This document shows, one piece after another, positions 55,654 through 64,000 of a stretch of DNA of 64,000 nucleotides. The position numbers and the translations under genes are program-made. Below the pieces are notes generated by a model. The model saw only the letters and a list, made by a program, of their open reading frames with translations. It was not told the origin of the DNA and ran no database searches. This DNA is from Candidatus Multivoradales bacterium (lineage in GTDB: Bacteria > Acidobacteriota > Thermoanaerobaculia > Multivoradales > Multivoraceae), in the NCBI GenBank assembly GCA_965223325.1, contig CBDCWI010000001.1, positions 992,001 to 1,056,000 of the forward strand, read 5' to 3'. The first letter of the stretch is position 1; each line of letters starts with the position of its first letter.

Positions 55654-58600
55654 TCAGAGTGCGGCGAGGCGATCGGTATCAGAGAGGTTGGTGTCGCCAT
55701 CCGTGGGTTCTTCCTCCGGGGCGAACGAATCGTTGGCCGCCACCTGCGGTGGACCCAGGCGCTCGAGACGGCGACGATAGGTCGTCGTCGTCACACCGAG
55801 AATCGCGGCGCCGCTGCGCCGGTCAACCTCCGGGCGGCGCGCGACTTCTTCCAGCAGGAGACCTTCGAGCAGACCATCGAGGTCAACGCCTTCGGCCGGT
55901 CCACCGTAGCCCGGTCCGGCGATCACCCGCAGGCGGGATCGAATCGCCGTCCACCACGGCGGACGCGGCGACAGACCAGCATCGGCCCGCAGGTTGGCTT
56001 TGCTGCGCCGACGGCGGAAGGTCGTCTCTGCCATACCCAGACGCGCCGCAGCACGGCTCGCCGTGCCGTTTTCGGCATCGTCGGCGGCGAGCACCAGGTC
56101 ATCGGCAAGCCACTCGCCCAGCGGCAGGAGCGGATGCTCGCCGGCCACCATGCCGTCGATGCGCTGTGCGAGCAGTTCACGAATTGACGAAACAGCCTCG
56201 CTGCGGGTCACCGGTTCTTCTTCGTGCCCCTCGGCACGGTTGACGGGCGCACCAGGGGGCGCGCCCTCGGTCGCTCCTCCTATGACCGGGCCCCCAGAGG
56301 CGATCATGTTCTCAGTCTCTCTGCCGTCGAGGCGCAGTGCTTCGGGTCCGATGGCGCTACCTTCAGCCAAAATCACCGCCTGCTGCACCCGGTTCTGTAG
56401 CTCACGTACGTTGCCGGGCCACGAATGGCCCACCAAGAGCGCCTCGGCCTCGGGCGTCAAGGAGACCACCGGCTTGGAGTAGAGCAGCGAGTAGGTCCTC
56501 AGGTAGTGGTAGGCGAGATGCAGAATGTCGTCGGGACGCTCACGCAGAGGCGGCAGTCCGAGGCGGACGACGTTGAGACGATAGTAGAGGTCCTCGCGAA
56601 AGCGACCGGCCTTGACCTCGGCCATCAAATCGCGGTTGGTCGCCGCCACCACGCGCACGTCGACGGAGCGAGTTTCGGTCGCACCGACTCTACTGAGTTC
56701 CTTCTCCTGAACGAAACGCAGCAGCTTCGACTGCACCTCGAGCGGCAGCTCGCCGATCTCGTCAAGAAAGACGGTCGCGCCGTCGGCCTGCTCGAGGCGA
56801 CCAATACGGCGCTGGTCGGCGCCCGAGAATGCCCCCTTCTCATGCCCGAAGAGCTCGCTTTCGATCAAGGTCGCTGGAATCGCCGCACAATCGACGACCT
56901 GCAAGAGCCGGTTGCGACGGCCGCTCGAGCGATGCACGGTACGTGCAACCAGGTCCTTTCCGGTCCCGCTCTCGCCGGTGATCAAGACCGTCGCGTCGGT
57001 CGGAGCGACGCGGCGCACGGTCGCCATGACACTCTCCATCGACTCAGAGCGGTATTCGAGATTGGCCTCTTCGACCGCCTGGCGCAGTCCCTCGACCTCG
57101 GCACGTAGTCGTTGGGCCTCGAGCTCACGCCGCTCCTGCTCGAGCGCTGACAACTTGGCGCGATCGAGCGCGACGGCGAGCTGCGAGGCCAGCGAACGGA
57201 AGAACACCACGTCGGTCCCGTCGACGAGAAAGGTCTCCGTGCTGCCTTCGAGATAGATGGCGCCCAGGCAGCCTTCGCCGACCGACAGCGGAATGGCACA
57301 ACAGCTTCGTGCGTCGCCGACGCCGACACCCCCGTCACTCGCCACCAACTCGACGGTTGGTCGCCCCAGCGCGACGGCGCGCTGGGCCAGATCGGGCGAG
57401 GACACGATGAGCTCGTCGGTCTCTTCTTCGTGACCGCGGCCATGGATCAGGTGCAACTCGAGAGGATCGGAATCTTCGCTCGAGCATTCGAACAGCCCGA
57501 TCTGATCGGGCTTGAGCCCTACCTCGAGACGCTCGACCGCCAGCCGGGCGAGGTCGTGGTAGCTGCTACTCGCCGCGACCACTTTGACGATCTCGGCGAG
57601 CAATTGCATGTTTCGATAGTCCTTCGCCATGTTGCCGGTGAAGACACCGCTCAGTGCATCGGGATCGCCTGCCTTCTCGAGATCTGGCGACCAGTGCACG
57701 ATGGTCTGGCCACTCGAACGACGCGCCTGGAAGAGAGCCTCTTCGGCCTGGACGGTGAGCTCGAGAGGCTGTTTGATCAAGCCCGACTCGGGATCGAGCG
57801 TCGCAATGGCTGCCCGGAAGCGGAGGGTCAACGACTCGCGGTGATACCGCCGTCCCTGCAGCTCCTTGACCAGCTTCTCGGCCACCAGGGCGCTGGCGTC
57901 GCGATTGGCGTCTTCGAGCACCGCGGCAAAGATCGCACCGCCGTAGCGGGCCGCAAAGTCGGACTTGCGTAGCGCCGAACGGAAGGTGAGAGCGATCTCG
58001 CGCAAAACCCGATCGCCCTTCTGATGACCGAAACGCTGGTTGACCATCGCAAAATCATCTGGGCTCACCAGCAGCAGACTCAGCGGGAGATTGCCCTTTG
58101 TGGCACGCGAGAAGGCACGGGCCAGCCGACCCTGAAGCTGCGCTCGACCACCGACCCCGGTCACCGGGTCGCTCAGCACACCCACGACTTCACGCACCTG
58201 GGCCGCCAGTCTGGCCGTCGAACCAATCGAGAAGCGCCACCACAGAAGGTCTGGGTTGGCCTCGATCTGGCTGTCGAGGTCTTTGTCTCGCTCGAGCGGA
58301 CAGGTGCCCGGCGCGAAGCGAAGCCCGATGAGTACCGTCGTCGACGCAATCAGAAGCTCGACCGAGTCACCGCGCCGGCGCCCCCGCGCCTCGGCATCGT
58401 CTCCTGACGCGCGGCGCGGCCGCACGACCTTCCGGAGGATGCAGCAGTCCGGGTCACTGCTCGGCAACACTTCGATGCGCTGTGCAGCGCCGATTGAATC
58501 CAACCCGCTGGGCAACCCTTCGGGACCTCCCTGAGCGTTGCTCTCCGAGGCCAGTTCGGGCGGCGGTGCGCCGCCACTGTTGAGCCACAGCGCATCGAAG

Positions 58601-58701
58601 CCGGCGCCCTCTCCATTGGGTACCCAGACCGTCACCGACAAGACCTTGCCGTGGTCACGCACCGCGCCGAGGTAGCTCCGAAGAATGTCAGCTGGGCCCA
58701 T
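55654..58701 (-). CDS. Sigma-54-dependent enhancer-binding protein: degenerate GGDEF, GAF, AAA+, two HTH-like motifs
   Basis: GESGTGKD, ESELFGHEKGAFSGA, FLDEIGE, RFREDLYYRLNV, WPGNVRELQN; GGDEF-like region RKSD-FAARY-GGAIF; GAF CAIPL...GAIYL. Confidence 0.9.
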   Translation of the reverse strand: MGPADILRSYLGAVRDHGKVLSVTVWVPNGEGAGFDALWLNSGGAPPPELASESNAQGGPEGLPSGLDSIGAAQRIEVLPSSDPDCCILRKVVRPRRASGDDAEARGRRRGDSVELLIASTTVLIGLRFAPGTCPLERDKDLDSQIEANPDLLWWRFSIGSTARLAAQVREVVGVLSDPVTGVGGRAQLQGRLARAFSRATKGNLPLSLLLVSPDDFAMVNQRFGHQKGDRVLREIALTFRSALRKSDFAARYGGAIFAAVLEDANRDASALVAEKLVKELQGRRYHRESLTLRFRAAIATLDPESGLIKQPLELTVQAEEALFQARRSSGQTIVHWSPDLEKAGDPDALSGVFTGNMAKDYRNMQLLAEIVKVVAASSSYHDLARLAVERLEVGLKPDQIGLFECSSEDSDPLELHLIHGRGHEEETDELIVSSPDLAQRAVALGRPTVELVASDGGVGVGDARSCCAIPLSVGEGCLGAIYLEGSTETFLVDGTDVVFFRSLASQLAVALDRAKLSALEQERRELEAQRLRAEVEGLRQAVEEANLEYRSESMESVMATVRRVAPTDATVLITGESGTGKDLVARTVHRSSGRRNRLLQVVDCAAIPATLIESELFGHEKGAFSGADQRRIGRLEQADGATVFLDEIGELPLEVQSKLLRFVQEKELSRVGATETRSVDVRVVAATNRDLMAEVKAGRFREDLYYRLNVVRLGLPPLRERPDDILHLAYHYLRTYSLLYSKPVVSLTPEAEALLVGHSWPGNVRELQNRVQQAVILAEGSAIGPEALRLDGRETENMIASGGPVIGGATEGAPPGAPVNRAEGHEEEPVTRSEAVSSIRELLAQRIDGMVAGEHPLLPLGEWLADDLVLAADDAENGTASRAAARLGMAETTFRRRRSKANLRADAGLSPRPPWWTAIRSRLRVIAGPGYGGPAEGVDLDGLLEGLLLEEVARRPEVDRRSGAAILGVTTTTYRRRLERLGPPQVAANDSFAPEEEPTDGDTNLSDTDRLAAL

Positions 58702-58711
58702 CAGAATCTCC

Positions 58712-61700
58712 TCAGGTCCACACCAGTTGACCGATGTCGAGCGACGAGCTCACTTCGATACGTTTCTCGGCGGCGAGGTCACGCAGGCAACCGGTGTCGA
58801 GATCGGAACTCACGATCCAACCGCCGTCCTCTTCTTGGGTGCCACGAACGCCAACCCAGGCGTTGCGTCCGCTGGTCTTGGCGACGTATAGCGCTCGGTC
58901 GGCGATGTTGACCACCTGCTCTGGCTCGACCACCGCCGGCATCTCGGGATGGAACGGGAAGAAGGCGTATCCGATCGAGCAGCTCAAGCTGCAGTGGCTG
59001 CCGTCGGCCATGACCAGTTCCTCACCGGTAAAGGCAGCGCGCAAACGCTCAGCCATCGACTCGGCGTCCGCGGGCGAAACATCGCGACTGACCACCAGGA
59101 ACTCGTCGCCGCCCCAGCGAATGAGGGTATCGCTCTTTCGGCAGACTCCCTGGAGGACATCCCGCATCTGCAGAATGGCCCGATCACCTGCCGCATGGCC
59201 ATGGTCATCGTTGATCTTCTTGAGGCCATCGAGGTCAATCATCAGGAAGAGAAGGTCCAGCTTGCCCTGACTCTCGTCCACAGCTCGGCGACCGTCGGCG
59301 TAGCCCCGGCGAAGCTCCTCGAAATCCTCCTCGAGGCGACTCATCAGGTAGCGCCGGTTGCGCAAGCCGGTCAACGCATCGCTATTGGCCGCTTCATGCA
59401 GGTCCTGGGTGCGGAGACGGACCTCCTCTTCGAGCCGACTGCTGTACTCCTTCTCGCGCATCATCTTGCGTCGGTGGGAATGTAGAACCCCAGCGAAGAC
59501 ACCGCAAACAGCACCGAAGTAGAAGAGATAGGCCCACCAGGTCTTCCACGGCGCCGGCACGACACGCACTCCCAGCGATGCACCCTCCTCGTTCCACACA
59601 CCATCGTTGTTCGCAGCGCGCACTCTCAAGGTGTAGTGACCGCCGTCGAGGTTGGTGTACGTCGCGCGGCGCTCGTTGCCAATCGATATCCACTCGCGAT
59701 CGAAGCCCTCGAGCTTGTAGGCGAATTGATTGCGCGACGGAGCGAGGTAGTCGAGTGCGGCGAACTCGAACGAAACGACGTAGTCTCGATAGTCGATTTC
59801 GACCTCGTCGGTGAGCCAGATCGGTTGCGGCAGTTCCACCTCACGGTTGAGCTTGCGAAACGAAGTGATCATCACCGGCGGCACGTGGCGATTGGCGTCG
59901 ACCTGGTCGGGCCAGAAGGTGTTGAACCCCGCACTGCCGCCGAAGAACATCTCGCCGCTGGCAGCGCGGTGATAGGCGCCGAAGTTGAACTCCTCTCCCT
60001 GCAGACCGTGCTCACGGCCGTAGTTGGAGAAGTGCTCGCTCACCGGGTCGAAACGCGACAAGCCACCGTTCGAACTGATCCACAAGTAACCCTGGTCATC
60101 TTCGAGCAGACCGTAGACCGTCTGGTCGGCGAGGCCATCTTCGGTGGTGAAACGTCTGAATACCGGTCGTCCCGCCTCGCGGTCGCGCCTCGACCAGGCC
60201 GAGAGCCCGAACTGTGACCCGATCCACAGCGTGCCGGTTCGGTCGATGAGCAGCGACGTCACGCGGTCGTCGCTCAGGCTGTAGGGGTCGTCGGGATCGT
60301 GACGAAAGTGCTGCGTTTTGCCGGTGCGCGGGTCGAACAAGTCGAGGCCTCGGCCCATGGTTCCCAGCCAGAGGCGACCGTCTCGGGAGGCCAGGATGTC
60401 GGCAACCAGGTCGGAGCCCAGGGTCGTTTCGTCTAGAGGGTCGTTCAGCCACGACTCGAAGGTCTCACTGGAACGCTCGAAGCGACTCAAGCCGCCACGG
60501 AACGTTCCGACCCAGAGGTCGCCGTGCGGATCTTCGTAGAGGGACATGACGCCGTTGGCCGGTAGCTGGCCACTGCCCGGCGGCCCGGCAACGAAGCGGT
60601 CGAAAGACCTGCCGTCGGAACGCAACCGGTTGAGGCCATGATCAAACGTACCCACCCAGAAGTCGCCTCGACGATCGGCAAGTAGCGCCATCGTGCGATT
60701 GTCAGAAAGGCTCGCCGGATCTTCCGGATCGTGCCTCCATACCGCCGTGACGTCCCGCTCGTCGTTCATGCGGTTGAGACCACCGCCGAGAGTTCCGATC
60801 CAGAGGTCTCCCGAGGCGTCGGTAGCAAACGATGTCACCGCATTGTGGGACAGCGACCCGTCCTGGGCGGGATCATGCGTGTAGTGGGCGAAAGCGTTGG
60901 TGAGCGGCGCCGTCCGATCGAGGCCGCGCTGGTGAGTTCCAATCCACACCACGCCACCCCGATCCTGATAGAGGCGCTTGATCAGGTCTTCGGCGAGGCT
61001 GTTGGCACGGTTCGACTGGTGGTAGTAGCGCGCGAAGCCCGTGGCTCCAGCCGATCGCAGATTCAGGCCGCTATCGGTTCCGACCCACAGTGCGCCAGCT
61101 CGGTCCTCGAGAACCGCGTGAACGGCGTCGTTGCTCAGGCTGGTCGGATCGTCGTCCAGGTGGCGAAGGTTTTCGACCACCTGGCCTGCCCGGTCGAGGA
61201 CGAAGAGTCCGTGGCCAACCGTGCCGACCAACAGCCGTCCGTCTTCGCTGGCGAACAGGGAGCGCACTTCCGTCGCTCCCTCGAGGCGCACCGCTTCGAC
61301 CACACCGTCGCGCGAGTCCAGGCGGAACAGACCGTTTCGAAGCGTGCCCACCCACAACGTGCCGCGCCCATCCTCGAGTAACGCAAGCACGTGTGGCCCG
61401 CGGTCGAAGCCCGGAATCGCGACGGCTTCGCACGCCCGCGTCCGCGGATCGAGACGGCTGAGCCCGAGCTCGCTTCCGATCCAGACGTCTCCACTCGCTC
61501 CGACTTCGACGGCGCGGACGTCTTGCGGAGCTTCTGGATCACGGTTTCCAATGCGCTCGAAGGAGTCTGTCGTCGGATCGAAACGGTTGAGTCCGCCCTG
61601 GTTCGTGCCCACCCAGAGTACTCCGTCGTCCCCTTCGTCGATCGCCCACACCCAGTTCTGACTGAGACTCGTCTGGTCGTCGGGGCGGTGCTCGTAGACC

Positions 61701-62044
61701 CTGAACTCCTGACCGTCGTAGCGGTTGAGGCCATCCTCTGTACCAATCCACATGAAGCCCAGGCGATCTTGATGCAGCGCCATGATCGAGAGCTGCGAGA
61801 GGCCGTCCTCGTTGGTCAGGTGATCGACGCGCAGCGCCTGCCCTTCGACCGTCGGCACGATGACATTGCTGGTGGCAATCGCCGCAACCCAGAGCATCAC
61901 CCAGCCCAGGAAACGCAGCATGGTCGCGGCGGGCCCCGAGAGGCCCGAGGCTCCGCGCGATGCGGGCGAAGGAGTGGCGAGTCGATGCATCGAGGCAGAA
62001 ACGGCAGGAGGGGACGAAACAGGGGAAAGGTGGTGTCGACCCAA
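58712..62044 (-). CDS. Membrane-anchored sensor diguanylate cyclase: Reg_prop beta-propellers, Y_Y_Y, TM, GGDEF
   Basis: About 14 repeats of D..G.LW(I/V)GT..GL.R; Y_Y_Y YKLEGFD..W...ATYTNL..GHYTLRVRAANNDGVW; PWKTWWAY TM; DALTGLRNRR, DLDGLKKIND.HGH..GD, RWGGDEF. True start may be 61990 or 61921. Confidence 0.92.
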   Translation of the reverse strand: MGRHHLSPVSSPPAVSASMHRLATPSPASRGASGLSGPAATMLRFLGWVMLWVAAIATSNVIVPTVEGQALRVDHLTNEDGLSQLSIMALHQDRLGFMWIGTEDGLNRYDGQEFRVYEHRPDDQTSLSQNWVWAIDEGDDGVLWVGTNQGGLNRFDPTTDSFERIGNRDPEAPQDVRAVEVGASGDVWIGSELGLSRLDPRTRACEAVAIPGFDRGPHVLALLEDGRGTLWVGTLRNGLFRLDSRDGVVEAVRLEGATEVRSLFASEDGRLLVGTVGHGLFVLDRAGQVVENLRHLDDDPTSLSNDAVHAVLEDRAGALWVGTDSGLNLRSAGATGFARYYHQSNRANSLAEDLIKRLYQDRGGVVWIGTHQRGLDRTAPLTNAFAHYTHDPAQDGSLSHNAVTSFATDASGDLWIGTLGGGLNRMNDERDVTAVWRHDPEDPASLSDNRTMALLADRRGDFWVGTFDHGLNRLRSDGRSFDRFVAGPPGSGQLPANGVMSLYEDPHGDLWVGTFRGGLSRFERSSETFESWLNDPLDETTLGSDLVADILASRDGRLWLGTMGRGLDLFDPRTGKTQHFRHDPDDPYSLSDDRVTSLLIDRTGTLWIGSQFGLSAWSRRDREAGRPVFRRFTTEDGLADQTVYGLLEDDQGYLWISSNGGLSRFDPVSEHFSNYGREHGLQGEEFNFGAYHRAASGEMFFGGSAGFNTFWPDQVDANRHVPPVMITSFRKLNREVELPQPIWLTDEVEIDYRDYVVSFEFAALDYLAPSRNQFAYKLEGFDREWISIGNERRATYTNLDGGHYTLRVRAANNDGVWNEEGASLGVRVVPAPWKTWWAYLFYFGAVCGVFAGVLHSHRRKMMREKEYSSRLEEEVRLRTQDLHEAANSDALTGLRNRRYLMSRLEEDFEELRRGYADGRRAVDESQGKLDLLFLMIDLDGLKKINDDHGHAAGDRAILQMRDVLQGVCRKSDTLIRWGGDEFLVVSRDVSPADAESMAERLRAAFTGEELVMADGSHCSLSCSIGYAFFPFHPEMPAVVEPEQVVNIADRALYVAKTSGRNAWVGVRGTQEEDGGWIVSSDLDTGCLRDLAAEKRIEVSSSLDIGQLVWT

Positions 62045-62069
62045 GGCTCGGGTCGAGCAAGGACCCTAA

Positions 62070-62098
62070 ATTTTAGCGAAAAACTAGTTTTAAAACAA
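62070..62098 (-). promoter_or_regulatory. Sigma-70-type promoter for the DGC-bEBP operon
   Basis: Minus strand TTGTTT-N17-TAAAAT in an AT-rich patch; spacer contains the palindrome AAAACTAGTTTT. Confidence 0.55.
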
Positions 62099-62271
62099 TA
62101 CGAATCATGACAAAGCGGCCGAAAAAGCGGCTGAAGGCCTTCTCGGCGCTCTCCGGACCAGGAAGCGATTCCTGGGGAGGGATGACTCACCATTTACATG
62201 GATGCATGAAGGTCTCTAGACTGGGGCGTTCTCTTTTGATGACTTTCCCCGCGATCCCAGGAGGTCCCCCT

Positions 62272-62724
62272 ATGTTCCGCCGCGACACTTCCGAGCCCGA
62301 TACCGAGCCCACACCGCCCCCGACCACCAACAAGGCTCAGGCAACCTCCACCCCTGCTACGCCCACCACCCCAGCGGTCCGCACCACGGCATCACCGACA
62401 GCGACCGCCCGCCTCGGGCCATCGCTGCGCTTCAAGGGCGAAGTCCACGGAGATGAAGACCTCCTGATCGAAGGCAAGCTGGAAGGCGAGGTCCGGCTGA
62501 GCGGGCAGCGAGTCACCATAGCGCCGCAAGCCCGCATCGAAGGCGACGTTCACGCCGAAACCATCGACGTTCGCGGCGAGGTGAAAGGCAACCTGTTCGG
62601 CAAGAGCGAAGTGATCGTCGAACCCGAGGCGAAGGTCGACGGCAACCTCACCAGCCCGCGCGTCAACCTGCAGGAGGGTTGCCGGTTCCAGGGTTCGATC
62701 GACATGAGCGGCACAAAACCCTGA
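62272..62724 (+). CDS. Bactofilin (polymer-forming cytoskeletal protein)
   Basis: LGPSLRFKGEV.GDEDLLIEGKLEGEV...GCRFQGSIDM beta-helix; AGGAGG RBS; Pro/Thr-rich N-terminal tail. Confidence 0.92.
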   Translation: MFRRDTSEPDTEPTPPPTTNKAQATSTPATPTTPAVRTTASPTATARLGPSLRFKGEVHGDEDLLIEGKLEGEVRLSGQRVTIAPQARIEGDVHAETIDVRGEVKGNLFGKSEVIVEPEAKVDGNLTSPRVNLQEGCRFQGSIDMSGTKP

Positions 62725-62738
62725 CGCAACCCGAGGAA

Positions 62739-62812
62739 TCCCAGAACCACCCCAGTCGATTGCCCGGGAAACGCCCGGGAACTGCCCGGGAAACGCCCGG
62801 GGATTGCCGGGC
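62739..62812. repeat. Dispersed intergenic element, copy 2: leader TCCCAGAACCACCCCAGTC plus four to five GCCCGGGAAAC-like units
   Basis: Units start at 62762, 62773, 62784, 62795 and (partial) 62806; matches 21483-21557. Confidence 0.85.
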
Positions 62813-63018
62813 GTGTTTCTACGAAAACTCGTGGACTTGACTGTTTTCAGCGAGCTGAACCATCTGACAACTGCTGATTTGTGGCAAACTGGCTTTATCT
62901 GCACTCCCTGATATCCAGAGGACCACTCGATCTACGAGTGGCCCCGACCCGCTTCCGGCCCTCCTGCAGGGGTACTCGAAGCATCGATCGCGCCGGCAGA
63001 TCGGCGCCTGGTTCTTCT

Positions 63019-64000
63019 ATGACGCCTTCCTTGTCGCATCTCGAGGATAAGTACGAGATTCTCGGCCGCATTTCACAACGCGGCATGGGGGCTGTCTATC
63101 GCGTGCGCCACCGGCTGCTCGACGAGGTGCGTGCGGTCAAGATCCTGCGCCCCGACCTGGTGACGACCGGCGCACTGCGCGACCGCTTCCTCTACGAGGC
63201 GCGCACCGCGACCCGTCTACGCCATCCGAACGTCGTTCAGGTCCATGACTTCAGTATCGACGAAGAGGGAGCCGGGCTGATCATCATGGAGTACATCTCC
63301 GGCTGTACCCTCGAAGACCTGGGCCGGCGCTTCGGCACACCGCCGATTCCTCTCGCCGTCGAGGTCGCACGCCAGAGCCTGCGTGCACTCGGGTACCTGC
63401 ACCGTCGCGGCACCGTGCACCGTGACGTCTCCCCCGACAATTTGATGTTGACCCGCGACGTCGACGGTGAGCCGCTGATCAAGCTCATCGATCTCGGCAT
63501 CGCGCGCAACTCACGAGACGACGCAGTAGAAACCGACGGGCTGTTCATCGGCAAGGTGCGTTTCGCCTCACCGGAACATTTCTCCGACGGGGAACGTGGC
63601 GGAAACCCGATTGATGAGCGCAGCGATCTCTACTCACTCGGCGTGGTGCTCTTCCAATGGCTGACCGGTGTCTGCCCGATCGAAGGCAGCTCCCTGGAAG
63701 ACCTCGCCAACGGCCACCTTTACTACCCGCACCGTGCGTTCGACTCGGTCGACCCCGCCGGCAACGTCCCGGCAGAGCTTCGCCAGCTGATCGAGCAACT
63801 CCTGATCAAGAACCCCGATCGCCGGCTACAAACCGCCGAAGAAGCCCAGGCGCTGCTCGACGAGTTGACGGGACGCTTCACGCACATTCCGCTGGTTCCG
63901 CTGACCGAGGAGCTCCTCGGCCCGAACCCTCGCGACGAACCGGCCGTCGAACTGACCGAAGTGTTCGACCGCGACGACAGTCTCAACGGAGCCCGCCAAC
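63019..64000 (+). CDS. Hanks-type Ser/Thr protein kinase, 5' part (runs off window end)
   Basis: Not in ORF track. Manual translation MTPSLSHLEDKYEILGRISQRGMGAVY...AVKIL...HPNVV...HRDVSPDN...IDLGIAR...ASPE...SDLYSLG; open to the end of the window. Confidence 0.92.
   Translation, partial: MTPSLSHLEDKYEILGRISQRGMGAVYRVRHRLLDEVRAVKILRPDLVTTGALRDRFLYEARTATRLRHPNVVQVHDFSIDEEGAGLIIMEYISGCTLEDLGRRFGTPPIPLAVEVARQSLRALGYLHRRGTVHRDVSPDNLMLTRDVDGEPLIKLIDLGIARNSRDDAVETDGLFIGKVRFASPEHFSDGERGGNPIDERSDLYSLGVVLFQWLTGVCPIEGSSLEDLANGHLYYPHRAFDSVDPAGNVPAELRQLIEQLLIKNPDRRLQTAEEAQALLDELTGRFTHIPLVPLTEELLGPNPRDEPAVELTEVFDRDDSLNGARQ

Overview
GC-rich bacterial chromosomal window with about 35 protein-coding genes and one pseudogene; I found no rRNA, tRNA, CRISPR array or transposase. 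Gene content suggests a diderm such as Acidobacteriota/Thermoanaerobaculia (inference). Housekeeping and metabolic blocks: tandem secreted amidohydrolases, ALO-type FAD oxidase, Hsp20, TetR-HlyD-ABC exporter, MscS, thiolase-DUF3297-DUF368, PQQ quinohaemoprotein, MATE, Tat amidase, mutA-mutB-meaB, an NrdR-controlled class Ic (tyrosyl-radical-free) ribonucleotide reductase, bactofilin and a partial Ser/Thr kinase. Surface proteins include a ~4,550-aa SdrD-B-repeat adhesin ending in a C25 peptidase and an autotransporter with a Gly/Asp tract. The best candidate for an undescribed system is at 52.2-62.1 kb. A secreted subtilase with a sigma-54-type promoter and a tail of eight S-[FM]-L-W-N repeats converges on an operon encoding a beta-propeller/Y_Y_Y receptor diguanylate cyclase and a sigma-54 activator whose GGDEF domain is degenerate but keeps the c-di-GMP I-site. 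Together these could form a closed peptide -> c-di-GMP -> sigma-54 feedback loop. Also notable: a C-terminal LFSDxFExGxTxxW tag shared by two unrelated secreted proteins, a dispersed (GCCCGGGAAAC)n intergenic element present twice, and a ~590-nt structured nrdA leader. All calls are by eye; no database searches were run.
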